The translations under genes were made by a program, and so were the position numbers. A DNA stretch of 64,000 nt from an uncultured Gemmatimonadales bacterium (GTDB taxonomy: Bacteria; Gemmatimonadota; Gemmatimonadetes; Longimicrobiales; RSA9). The notes under the pieces were generated by a model. The model worked only from the letters and a program-made list of their open reading frames with translations. It was not told the DNA's origin and searched no databases. Position 1 is the first letter of the stretch; every line of letters starts with the position of its first letter. Shown piece by piece: positions 38,713 to 48,486 of this stretch. Location: assembly GCA_963798845.1 (NCBI GenBank), contig CAWCUS010000002.1:544001-608000 (forward strand), written 5' to 3'.

Positions 38713-41198
38713 CAGTCTTCCCCCTCCGCCGGCGGCTCCGCGGGGACGGGCGCGTCGGCCTTGCCAGCCCGCCGACCGGCTTCCTTGGTTTCGGCGGGCG
38801 CCTGCGCCTGGTCGCGGAAGAATTCGAAGAAGGACTGGACCTGGAAGTGGAGTCCGCCCGTGCGCCGCTTGACGGCGACGGTGGGGCAGTGGGCGCTCTG
38901 GGCGAGCGTCCACGTGACCTTGCCGAGGACGTGGCGGCCGCCGATGCCACCCGGGCCGGCGCCCAGGACCAGGAGGTCGTAGCCCTGGCTCATGGCCCGG
39001 ATCCGGTCCACCGGGGCGTTGGAGTACTCCGCGCGGAAGTGGACGGTGAGCCCGTCCAGCTCCACCGGCTCTTCCCAGGCGTCGAGCTCCACGCCGGCCG
39101 CTTCGCCCACGGCGTGCGCCATCTCCAGGACGCGCTCCTCCACGGTGTCCCGGTGAGTATCCTCCGGGAAGATCGTGACCACGTCGATGACCTCGGCGTC
39201 CATGGCGCGGGAAAGGCCGTACCCCACGGCGAACGCGACCTGCGCCTGGAGCGGGTTCGAGGCGGGGAACAGCACGCGTCGAACGGGTCGATCCACGTTC
39301 TGGATCACCACGAAGTTGGAGTTCGCCTGCCTCAGGATCGCGTCCAGGTTGCTCCCGAGCACGCGGTTGCGCCCTCGCGTGTGGCCGCGCCAGCCGAGCA
39401 CGCAGAAGTCCGCGCGGCGCGTCTCGATGGTGCGGATGATGGCCGTGGCCGGGCGGTGGGCGAGGCGGACGACGAGCTCCACCTCGACGCCCAGGTCGCG
39501 CAGCATGCGGGCGACGCCCCGCACTTCCTCCCGCCCCTCCTCCACCAGCCGCAGCCCGGCGGAGATCGGTAGCTGCTCGGGAACCGTGACCACGTGCAGG
39601 AGGAGCACGTGGCGGTCCAGCGAGCGGGCGATCCCCGCAGCGGTGCGCACCAGCCCTTCCACACCGTACGGCCGCGCGATGGGCAGGACCACGGGCGGCT
39701 TGCCCGACGTCTCCAGCACGGTCCGCTCCGCCACCACCACCGGGACGGGCTCGAGGTCGCGCACGCGACGTCGCGAGTACAGGAAGTAGACCGCACCGCC
39801 GGCGGCGAGCCACCCCACGGCCGTGAGCAGCACCCCCGTGCTGAAGTGGAGCATTTGGCTCGCGATGACCGCCTGTATCGCTATGGCCAGGAGCGGCACC
39901 GCGGGGAAGAAGGGGGTGACGTACCCGTAGGCCATTCTGTCGCCGTAGCGCCAGCGGATGAACACCGAGGACGCGTTCACCATGAAGAAGAGGAGCAGGA
40001 ACATGAGCGACGCCGAAGCGGCCACGCCCTCCAGCGGGAGCGCCACCAGCATGAACAGGATCAGCGCGCCACTCCCCGCCAGCGCCAGGTGCGGGGTCCT
40101 CCGCTCCGGGTGGATGCGTGAGAAGAAGCCGGGGAGGAAGCGGTCGCGCCCCATGGCGAAGCTCACGCGGGTGGCGGAGAACGTCGTCGCATTGAGGGCG
40201 CTCATGGTGGAGAGCAGGCCGCCCAGGAGGATCACGATGTTGCCGTATGGCATGACCTGCGCGGCCGCGCGCGCCAGCCCCAGCTCCTTCACGTCCCCCA
40301 GCCACTGCCACGTCGAGGGCTCCCCGGGCGGCGGGTCGATGGCGCCCAGCAGCGCGATGCTCACCAGCAGGTAGGTGGGAATGACGATGATCATGGCCGT
40401 GACCACCGCCTTCGGGATCGTGCGTTTCGGGTCCTTCACCTCCTCCCCCGCCTGGACGATGACCTCGAACCCCTCGAACGCCACGTACGTGATCCCCATG
40501 GCCAGGAACACGCCAGCCAAACCGTTGGGCGCGAACGGCTTGAACGCCGCCAACCGCTCCGGATTGTGCAGCAGCACCAGCAGCCCGCCGCCCACGAAGA
40601 GGAAGATCACCAGCACCTTCGCCATGGTGACGAACCGGCCCGCGGCGCCCGTCTCGCTGGCGCCCCGGAAGTTGATGAAGAAGAAGACCAGCGCGATGGC
40701 CACGCCGAAGGCGAGCTCCGGCGCGTTGTGCGGGAGCGCCGCCATGAATCCGGCCGCGGACAGGTCCAGGCCGCCCACGCGCAGGATCTCCACCAGAAAG
40801 CTGCCGAATCCGAGCGCGTAGAGGCTCCCCGCCACGGAGTGGGCGAACCAGCTCATCGACCCGGCGAGGAAGCTGAACGGACCGGGGAGCGCCTGGCGGA
40901 TGAACACGTAGCTCCCGCCCGCCGATGGCATGGCGCTCCCCAGCTCCGCGTAGACCAGGGCCGTGAGCAGGGCGACGATCCCGTTCAGCACGAACGCCAG
41001 GAGCAGCGCCGGCCCCGCGCGTCCGGCGGCGGACCCCACCAGCACGAAGATGCCCGCCCCGATCATGGCGCCCACGCCGATGAGCGTGACGTCCCAGAAG
41101 CCCAGGTCCCGGGTCAGCTCGACTGAGCCGCCACCCGCCGGCCCGCCGCCTGCTCCACCGCCACCGCTGCCGCGGCGGCCGGCGTCGCTCACGACCAC
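38712..41198 (-). CDS. APC family amino acid permease with C-terminal universal stress protein domains
   Basis: LIGVGAMIGAGIF, YAELGSAMPSAGGSY, AFEGFE, EEVKDPKRTIP; USP-like VLGSNLDAIL and VLGKVTWTL..AHCP. Confidence 0.9.
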   Translation of the reverse strand: MVVSDAGRRGSGGGGAGGGPAGGGSVELTRDLGFWDVTLIGVGAMIGAGIFVLVGSAAGRAGPALLLAFVLNGIVALLTALVYAELGSAMPSAGGSYVFIRQALPGPFSFLAGSMSWFAHSVAGSLYALGFGSFLVEILRVGGLDLSAAGFMAALPHNAPELAFGVAIALVFFFINFRGASETGAAGRFVTMAKVLVIFLFVGGGLLVLLHNPERLAAFKPFAPNGLAGVFLAMGITYVAFEGFEVIVQAGEEVKDPKRTIPKAVVTAMIIVIPTYLLVSIALLGAIDPPPGEPSTWQWLGDVKELGLARAAAQVMPYGNIVILLGGLLSTMSALNATTFSATRVSFAMGRDRFLPGFFSRIHPERRTPHLALAGSGALILFMLVALPLEGVAASASLMFLLLFFMVNASSVFIRWRYGDRMAYGYVTPFFPAVPLLAIAIQAVIASQMLHFSTGVLLTAVGWLAAGGAVYFLYSRRRVRDLEPVPVVVAERTVLETSGKPPVVLPIARPYGVEGLVRTAAGIARSLDRHVLLLHVVTVPEQLPISAGLRLVEEGREEVRGVARMLRDLGVEVELVVRLAHRPATAIIRTIETRRADFCVLGWRGHTRGRNRVLGSNLDAILRQANSNFVVIQNVDRPVRRVLFPASNPLQAQVAFAVGYGLSRAMDAEVIDVVTIFPEDTHRDTVEERVLEMAHAVGEAAGVELDAWEEPVELDGLTVHFRAEYSNAPVDRIRAMSQGYDLLVLGAGPGGIGGRHVLGKVTWTLAQSAHCPTVAVKRRTGGLHFQVQSFFEFFRDQAQAPAETKEAGRRAGKADAPVPAEPPAEGED

Positions 41199-42928
41199 AG
41201 CCCGACGGGGCGGAACGCGTCCACGTCCACCAGCCCATGGTCAGTGATCTTGAGCGACGGGATCACTTCCAGCCCGAGGAACGACATGGCCATGAACGGG
41301 TCGTGGAGCGGGGAGCCCAGCGCGCGTGCGGCCGCCACGACCGCATCGAGCTGCTCCCGCACCAGTTCCACGCCCGCGAGCGACATGAGTCCCGCCACGG
41401 GCAGCGGCAACGTGGCCAAAACCATCCCGTCCCGGGCGACGGCGAGCCCGCCACCCGTCCGGGCCACCGCCTGCGCGGCCCGCAGCATGTCCCGGTCCGT
41501 GGCGCCGACGACGATGATGTTGTGGTGGTCGTGAGCCACCGTGCCGGCCATCGCCCCCACGTTCAGCCCCATTCCAGCCACCAGCCCCAGTCCCACGCGG
41601 CCGGTGCCGTGGTGCCGCTCGATCACCGCGATCTTGAGGAGGTCCCGACCCGGGTCCGCCACCACGAACCCATCCACCACCGTCGGCTCCAGCCGCTCCT
41701 CTCGGGTGACCAGCTGGTCCGGTACGACGCGGATCACCCGCACCCGTCCGCTCCCGCCCGGCGCGCCGGCGCCGACCCCGGGCTCTGGCGTCGCCGCGGG
41801 AATGCGCAGGTCCACGGCATCCCAGTCGACGTGCATGGAGGGTGGCGGGGGGGGAGGCGGGTCCGGGAGCGGGGCGACCATGGCCCCGTGGCGGGCCACG
41901 AGCTTGCCGCCGGCGTAGACGGCCGCCGCCCGGAAGTCTTCCAGGTCGCGCACCACCACGAGGTCCGCTCGCCGACCGGGAGCGATGGCGCCGCGGTCCG
42001 CCAGGCCGAAGCAGTCCGCCGCGTTCAGCGTCGCCAGGCGGATGGCCTCCAGCGGATCCAGGCCCTCGGAAACGGCGATGCGGATCATCGCATCGATGCC
42101 GCCCTCGTCCAGGAGGTCGCCCGGCTGCCGGTCATCCGTGCACAGAGCCACGCGCCGGAGGTTGCCGGGCGTGAGCGCCGGGAGGAGCGCCCGGAGGTTG
42201 CGGGCGTTCGTCGCCTGGCGCAGGAACACCCAGAGCCCGCGCCGCAGCTTCTCGGCGGCTTCCGCCGGCGTGGTGCACTCATGGTCCGAGCGCGGCCCGG
42301 CGGCCACGTAGGCGTTGAGCGCCTTGCCGGTCACGCCCGGGGCGTGGCCGTCCACCGGTCGGCCCGCGAACGCGTCGAGCTTGGCGGCCATTTCGGGGTC
42401 GCCGTGGATCGCGCCCGGGTAGTTCATGACCTCCCCCAGTCCGAGCACGCGCGGGTGGAGCAGCCCGGCGAGCGTCGCGGCATCGAGGCGGGCGCCGGCC
42501 GTCGCCATGGGCGTGGCGGGGACGCACGAGCTGACCATGACGAAGACCGACAGCGGCAGCCTGTCGCTCGCCTCCAGCATCCACCGCATCCCGTTCAGCC
42601 CGTGGACGTTGGCGATCTCGTGCGGGTCAGCGACCACGGTCGTCGTGCCGCGGGGAAGGACCGCGCGCGCGAACTCCGGTGGCGCCACCATGCTCGACTC
42701 GATGTGGACGTGGGCGTCGATCAGCCCGGGAACGAGAAAGGCGCCGTCGAGGTCCACCGTCTCTGCCGCTTCGTAGCCAGGGCCGAGCCCCGCCACGAAA
42801 GCGTCCGCCACCGCAACGTCGACCGTCTCCACCTCGTCCGTGAGAACGTTCACCACATGGCCGTGGGTGAAGAGGACGTCGGCTGGTTCATCGCCGCGGG
42901 CCACGGCCAAGAGGTGCGCTCGGTCCAT
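41189..42928 (-). CDS. ade: Adenine deaminase
   Basis: PGLIDAHVHIESSM, DPHEIANV, GEVMNYPG, DGHAPG, DHEC, TDDR, AHDHHN. Confidence 0.95.
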   Translation of the reverse strand: MDRAHLLAVARGDEPADVLFTHGHVVNVLTDEVETVDVAVADAFVAGLGPGYEAAETVDLDGAFLVPGLIDAHVHIESSMVAPPEFARAVLPRGTTTVVADPHEIANVHGLNGMRWMLEASDRLPLSVFVMVSSCVPATPMATAGARLDAATLAGLLHPRVLGLGEVMNYPGAIHGDPEMAAKLDAFAGRPVDGHAPGVTGKALNAYVAAGPRSDHECTTPAEAAEKLRRGLWVFLRQATNARNLRALLPALTPGNLRRVALCTDDRQPGDLLDEGGIDAMIRIAVSEGLDPLEAIRLATLNAADCFGLADRGAIAPGRRADLVVVRDLEDFRAAAVYAGGKLVARHGAMVAPLPDPPPPPPPSMHVDWDAVDLRIPAATPEPGVGAGAPGGSGRVRVIRVVPDQLVTREERLEPTVVDGFVVADPGRDLLKIAVIERHHGTGRVGLGLVAGMGLNVGAMAGTVAHDHHNIIVVGATDRDMLRAAQAVARTGGGLAVARDGMVLATLPLPVAGLMSLAGVELVREQLDAVVAAARALGSPLHDPFMAMSFLGLEVIPSLKITDHGLVDVDAFRPVGLWS

Positions 42929-43065
42929 GCTTCGGCTCCGGTGGATGGTCCGGGAGGGAGTCGGGTCTGCAAGCCTACAGCACCGCGTGCGGCGGCGCGA
43001 GGGGTCCGGGAGGGTGTCCGGTCAGGTGGGCCGTCCGCTCCGCACCGACAGCCGGGGCAGACGAT

Positions 43066-43104
43066 CGATCGGCGGGAGCCACGGCCGCGGCTCCCGCCCG
43101 ATCG
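43066..43104. terminator. Hairpin immediately downstream of small ORF
   Basis: CGATCGGCGGGAGCC ... GGCTCCCGCCCGATCG. Confidence 0.5.
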
Positions 43105-43105
43105 G

Positions 43106-43282
43106 TCAGACGCGCTGGAGCTTCTTGCGCTTCACGTTGTAGCGCATGGACTTCGAGCGCTGCACGCTGCCGTCGGACAGCGCGCGGTACACGGTCTTCA
43201 ACGCCGCGTCCGGCTCCCTGCGGTCCGACCAGAACAGGTCGGTCGGGGTGCCGTCTGCATTCGCGATGGGGATCCTGGCCAT
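43106..43282 (-). CDS. Small basic protein, 58 aa (MARIPIANADGTPTDLFWSDRREPDAALKTVYRALSDGSVQRSKSMRYNVKRKKLQRV)
   Basis: Hand-translated, below ORF-track cutoff; GGAGGA RBS, high GC3, followed by hairpin. Confidence 0.7.
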   Translation of the reverse strand: MARIPIANADGTPTDLFWSDRREPDAALKTVYRALSDGSVQRSKSMRYNVKRKKLQRV

Positions 43283-43571
43283 ACGTCCTCCGGGTGCTCG
43301 TGGGAATCGCAGGCCGCGGATTCGGCTTGAAATTCAGTGAGAGCATTTATACCCGCCTGCGCCGCTCCGGGTCCCCGGGGAGCTGTCCTGGCGCCTCCAG
43401 CGGGCTGCACAGGCCCGACCTGAGATTCTGGCGTTTTCGCTGGCGGGCAACGCAGATTGGTGCCCCGTCCGGCCAACCTATCCGGCGGCCGGACGCGTCA
43501 CTGTGGCTCTGCGGCCCCTACCCGAACAGTGAGGTGATGGTCATGCGTGTTCGCTTCCCGAGGAGCGCCCG

Positions 43572-44177
43572 ATGAACCCCGGCCTCCTCCAGCTGCTCCG
43601 TGTACTGCATGTCGTCGGTGGCGCTTTCTGGTTCGGCGCCACGGTCATGATGACAGCGTTCGTCGGGCCGAGCGTCGAGGCCGCCGGTCCGGCAGGCGGC
43701 CAGGTCATGGGTCAGATCACGACCGTTCGGAAGCTGCATTTCTGGATGTTCGTGGCCTCCACCACCACGCTCCTCAGCGGGCTCTGGCTGTACGAGTGGC
43801 GTTCCGGCGGATTCAACGGTGGCTGGGTACTCTCGACGCCGGGGCTCACGTACACCGTGAGCGGCCTCTTCGCTCTGGCCGGCAGTCTGGTGGGCGGGGG
43901 GATGGTGGGTCGCTCCGCGAAAGCGCTCGCGGCGCTGGCCGGAGCCCCGCCGCCTCGCCGCGTTCCGGCCCCCGCGATGGCGGGCGGCGCCGGTGGCGCC
44001 GCATCCGTGCCGGCCGCCGCCGCCGGTGCGACGGCCGCCGCCGCCGTGCCGGCCGCCGCCGCCGCGCCGCCGCCGGAGGTCCTGCGCCTCGCGAAGCGAA
44101 TGAAGGTGGGCTCCAGAATCGCCACCGCGCTCCTGACGCTGGCCCTCCTCGGCATGGCGGTGGGCCGCTACATCTGA
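43572..44177 (+). CDS. Hypothetical 4-TM membrane protein with Ala/Pro-rich insert
   Basis: LLRVLHVVGGAFWFG; AGGAG RBS. Confidence 0.75.
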   Translation: MNPGLLQLLRVLHVVGGAFWFGATVMMTAFVGPSVEAAGPAGGQVMGQITTVRKLHFWMFVASTTTLLSGLWLYEWRSGGFNGGWVLSTPGLTYTVSGLFALAGSLVGGGMVGRSAKALAALAGAPPPRRVPAPAMAGGAGGAASVPAAAAGATAAAAVPAAAAAPPPEVLRLAKRMKVGSRIATALLTLALLGMAVGRYI

Positions 44178-44262
44178 TGCCGCACGGCTGGACCGTCGGC
44201 GTACGCCGGCGACCGGAGTCTCGACCGTCGCGGCGGGCTCCGGGCGGCTGCGGCGCCGACGC

Positions 44263-47200
44263 TCAGCCCCCGGACTCCTCTGCCGCTCTGTCGGGCTCCG
44301 GCGCCTTCGGCGTGATGGCCGGGAGCTTGCCCTCCATGCGCGTGTTGAAAGCCGGCACCGTGGTGTCCATCAGTGTGTGGTACGCCGTCGTGGCCGACGC
44401 CAGCTCCGACTCCAGGGACCGGAGCCATGCCATCTGCGCGTCGGTGGGCCGGTGGTCGGCGCCGCCCTGGACATCACCGCCGCCAGAGCCGAGGTCGGCC
44501 GAGAGCCAGACGTACTGCAGGTAGAGCCGGTTCTGCTCGACGTACCACTTGTCGTCGGAGTTGAGCTCCTCGCGAGTGAGGAAACGGAGCTCCACGTCCA
44601 TCATCGCGCTGTCGAGCGCGGCCAGCGGAGCGGCGACGCTGTCCTCCTGCGCGTGCGACTTCCCGAGGTCCTCGACCTGCCTGCGCATGATCTCGAGCCG
44701 GTTGGTCATGGCGACCACCGAGTCGATCCCCGCCCGCACCCGCAGCTGCGCGGCCGTGGAGGCTGCCAGCGCGTCATCCGACGCCGGGATGGCCGCGTCC
44801 TTCACCACGTGCAGCGGCTGCGTCAGCGTATCCCCGCCCACGACGACGCGCACCGTGTAGTCGCCGGGGCCGGCGAGCGGGCCCTGCCGCTGCGGCGCCT
44901 CGGTCCCCCAGTGGATGATGGGCCGCGTCTCCTTCCCCTTGAAGCGCGCGCCTTCCCAGATGTGCGGGTTGAGCGGCGCGAGCGTACGCAGCTCGGGCTG
45001 CTTCGGGCCGTCGTAGCGGAGGTCCCAGGTGACGCTGTTGACGCCGGCGCGCGGCGCAGCCTCGATGGTTCGGATCACCTTCCCGGCCGCGTCGAGGACC
45101 TGGACCGCGGCCACGGTGTCGGGCATCCGCGCGACCCGGTACAGGATCTCCGCGGTCCCGCTGCGGGCGTGGCGGATGCCGGGGCGAGGACGGAACAGGT
45201 AGGCGTCGGCGTCTGCGGGGACGGCGTCGCTCTGCTCCAGACGGGTGATGTCGCGCATGACCCACAGCCCGCGCCCGTACGTGGACACGACGAGGTCGTG
45301 GTACACGGGCTCGACCGCGATCCAGCTTACCGGCGCGGCCGGCAGCCCGGTCTGGAGCTGCGTCCACTTCGCGCCGTCGTCCATGGAGTAGTAGAAGCCG
45401 TGGCCCGTCCCCGCGAACAGCATCCCCTCCCGGTTCGGATTCTCGGCAACAGTCATGACGTAATCGAGCGGGTGTTCGTGGGGGAGCCCGTCGCTGATCT
45501 TCGTCCAGCTCTTCCCGTAGTCGGTGGTGCGGTACACGTACGGGTCGCGGTCGTCCATGAATGGCAGTCCACGGTCACGTACGCGGTGCCCGCGTGGAAG
45601 TGCGAAGGCTCGATCCGCCGGATCGTCCCCCATTCCGGCAGCCCGCCCACGTTCTTCGTCAGGTTCGTCCAGTTCTTCCCGCCGTTGCGGGTGATCCAGA
45701 TCAGGCCGTCGTTCGTGCCCGCCCAGATCAGCCCGCGCTCGAGCGTCGATGGCGCGATCGCGAAGACCACCTCCCCGTAGTACTGGCCCAGGTTGTCTCC
45801 CGTGGCGTGCGCCGGCTCCTCCCCGGGAATGCCACCGGAGAAAGCGATGCGCGACGGATCCTGTGTGGACAGGTCCGGGCTGATCACGTCCCAGCTCTGC
45901 CCCCGGTTCCGCGTCCGGAAGACCACCTGGCATCCGTAGTAGACGGTCTCCGGATCGAACGGGTCGATGGCGAGCGGCGGCGTCCAGTGGCACCGGTACT
46001 TGAGCACGTCCGGCGGCGAGTCGAGCGTGTGGATCCACGGGCTCACGCCCCGGGCCAGGCCGGTCCGGGCGTCGTAGCGGGTCACCGTGTTCGCGTAACA
46101 CGTGGCCCAGACGATGTCCGGGTTCGTCGGATCCGGGAGCGTGAACCCGGACTCGCAGCCGCCCAGCGGCCCTTCCCACCGGGGCCGCGCACGACCGCCG
46201 TATCCCCAGGTCTCGTCTTCTCCCTCGATGGCGGCGCGGCGCGGCGGATTCGCGTCGGGCGGCGCGTACGAAGGCACGTTGTCCACGGACACGGGCGAGT
46301 TGCTGGGGCCGCGCATCGAGCCGTCGTCCTGGCGGTTGCTGTAGACCCAGTAGGGCGTGCGGCGGTCCACCGCCACGTGGTACATCTGCCCGATCGGGAG
46401 GCGGACGTACTGGAAGTTGCGCCCGTGGTCGCGCGTCACGCCGGCGCCGCCATCGCCCGTGACGATCCAGTGGTCGGGGTCCAGCATGTCCCACCATACG
46501 TCGTGGCAGTCGCCGCACCCGCCGGCTTCCTCCGGGAACGTCTTCCCCCCGTCCGTGGAGCGGTGCGAGCTGCTGTTCATGACCACCACCTCGTCCGCGT
46601 CCACCGGATTCACCGCCAGGCGGATGTAATAGCCGGCACGGCCGATCAGGGTCCGGTCCCAGCTCACCACGTCCCAGGTCTTCCCGCTGTCATCGGAGCG
46701 CCAGAGCGAGCCCTGCGACCCCGTCTGGATCAGCGCGTACACCCGGTCGGGCCGCGACGGCGCCACGGCAACGTCGATCTTGCCGACGGGCGGGTTCGGC
46801 AGCCCCTCACCGTCGATCCGCGTCCACTCGTCGCCGCCATCGCGCGTGACGTACACCCCGCTCCCGGGGCCGCCGCTGTGCATGACCCAGGTGTGCATGA
46901 CCACGTCCCACGCCCCGGCGAAGAGGACCTCCGGCCGGGTCGGGTCCATGGCCAGCCCGGAGCAGCCCGTGTTCTCGTCCACGAACAGCACGCGGCTCCA
47001 GTGCTCGCCGCCGTCCTCCGTCCGGTAGACGCCGCGCTCCTGCTGTGGCCCCGTGGCGCGGCCCAGCGCGCAGACGAAGACCGTGGCGGCGTCCGTGGGG
47101 TGGACGATGATGCGCCCGATCCGCCCCGTTTGCTCCAGGCCCATGTGGCGCCACGTCTTCCCGCCATCCTTGGAGCGGTACACGCCGTCGCCCATGATGT

Positions 47201-47576
47201 CGGCGTCCCGGATCGCCCACGCCTCTCCCGTCCCCGCCCACACGATGTCCGGGTCGCTCGGCGCCACTGCCAGCGCGCCGATCGCCTGCACCGGCTGGTC
47301 GTCGAAAACCGGCTCGAACGTCTCGCCGCCGTCCACGGTCTTCCACACCCCGCCCGACGCCGCGCCCAGGTAGAACGTCGACGGACGCCCCGGCACTCCC
47401 GCGACGGCCGCGATCCGGCCCGCGCTCGCCGGCCCGAGATAATCGAAATGGAGGGCCGCCGGCTGGCTCACCTGCGGGCCACGGCTCTGGCCCCGCCGCT
47501 GCGCCACCACGATGGACGGAAGGGCGATGATGAGCGCGAGCGCCGCGCCCAGGGGAACGCGCGTCAGTGGCCGCAT
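44263..47576 (-). pseudogene. VPS10/sortilin-like BNR-repeat (glycosyl hydrolase-like) protein with single frameshift near 45560
   Basis: GRIAAVAG, repeated S.DGG.TW; frame changes at VTVDCH|FMDDRDPY; may be a sequencing error. Confidence 0.8.
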
Positions 47577-47859
47577 GCTGCCTCCCACGTCGGGAATGGA
47601 GAACGGGATGGTGTGACTCCGGCCGGTCCGCACATGCTATCTCGCGAGGGGCACACGAACAACCGGGCGGCCGACCCATCGGGCGCCGACGGGTCCCGCA
47701 GGGGCCGGGAGCAGTCCGCAGCGATCCTCGCCGGCGCCGTAATCCCGGTTCCCGCGGTAGCCTTTCATTGGCAAGACGTTTGCACCTATCTCACATGAGC
47801 CCAACAGGTTGCGGCTCAATGGGCGCAATCGGAGAAACCTTCGCGGCAGGAGGAGCAGC

Positions 47860-48468
47860 ATGGCGGGCGAACGCTACATGACGATGGACCACGAGCGGAT
47901 CCGGGAGTGGGTGGAGGAGCGCGACGGAAAGCCGTCCACCGTCCGCTCCACCCACAGCGACGATGACGCGGGCCTGATCCGGCTCGACTTCCCGGGCTAT
48001 TCCGGCGGCGACTCGCTGGAGGAGATCTCGTGGGAGGAGTGGTTCGAAAAATTCGACGACAGCGGCCTCGTGCTGCTTTTCCAGGAGACGCTTTCGTCGG
48101 GCGGCCAGAGCAGCTTCAACAAGCTCATCAGCCGCGAGACGGCAGAGGAGAACGACAGCGCCGAGTGGGTCGGCGGCGAGGGTCGCCGGGGCGGCTCGCG
48201 CCCGTCCGCGAGCCGCGAATCCGCGAGCCGCGACTCGCGCTCCTCCGGGCGCGGGGGCAGGCGGACCGGGCGAGTGAACCTGAACACCGCCACGGCCCAG
48301 GAGCTCGATACCGTCTTCGGCATCGGCCCGGCAACGGCGGAGAAGATCGTGCGCTACCGCGACCAGGAGCTCGGGGGCGAGTTCCACAGCGAGCATGACA
48401 TCACCCACATCCCCGGCATCGGCGACAGGACGGCCGAGGCGATCCTGCGGAATGCGCGCGTGCGCTGA
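47860..48468 (+). CDS. Conserved small domain fused to ComEA-like helix-hairpin-helix domain
   Basis: DHERIREWVEERDGKP...LEEISWEEWFEKF; C-terminal VNLNTATAQEL..GIGPATAEKIVRYR...IPGIG; AGGAGG RBS. Confidence 0.8.
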   Translation: MAGERYMTMDHERIREWVEERDGKPSTVRSTHSDDDAGLIRLDFPGYSGGDSLEEISWEEWFEKFDDSGLVLLFQETLSSGGQSSFNKLISRETAEENDSAEWVGGEGRRGGSRPSASRESASRDSRSSGRGGRRTGRVNLNTATAQELDTVFGIGPATAEKIVRYRDQELGGEFHSEHDITHIPGIGDRTAEAILRNARVR

Positions 48469-48486
48469 AGCCGGCCAGGCCGGGAA

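Noticed and set aside
42929..43105. Purine riboswitch upstream of adenine deaminase
   Set aside because: No recognisable aptamer consensus; hairpin better explained as terminator of the small ORF
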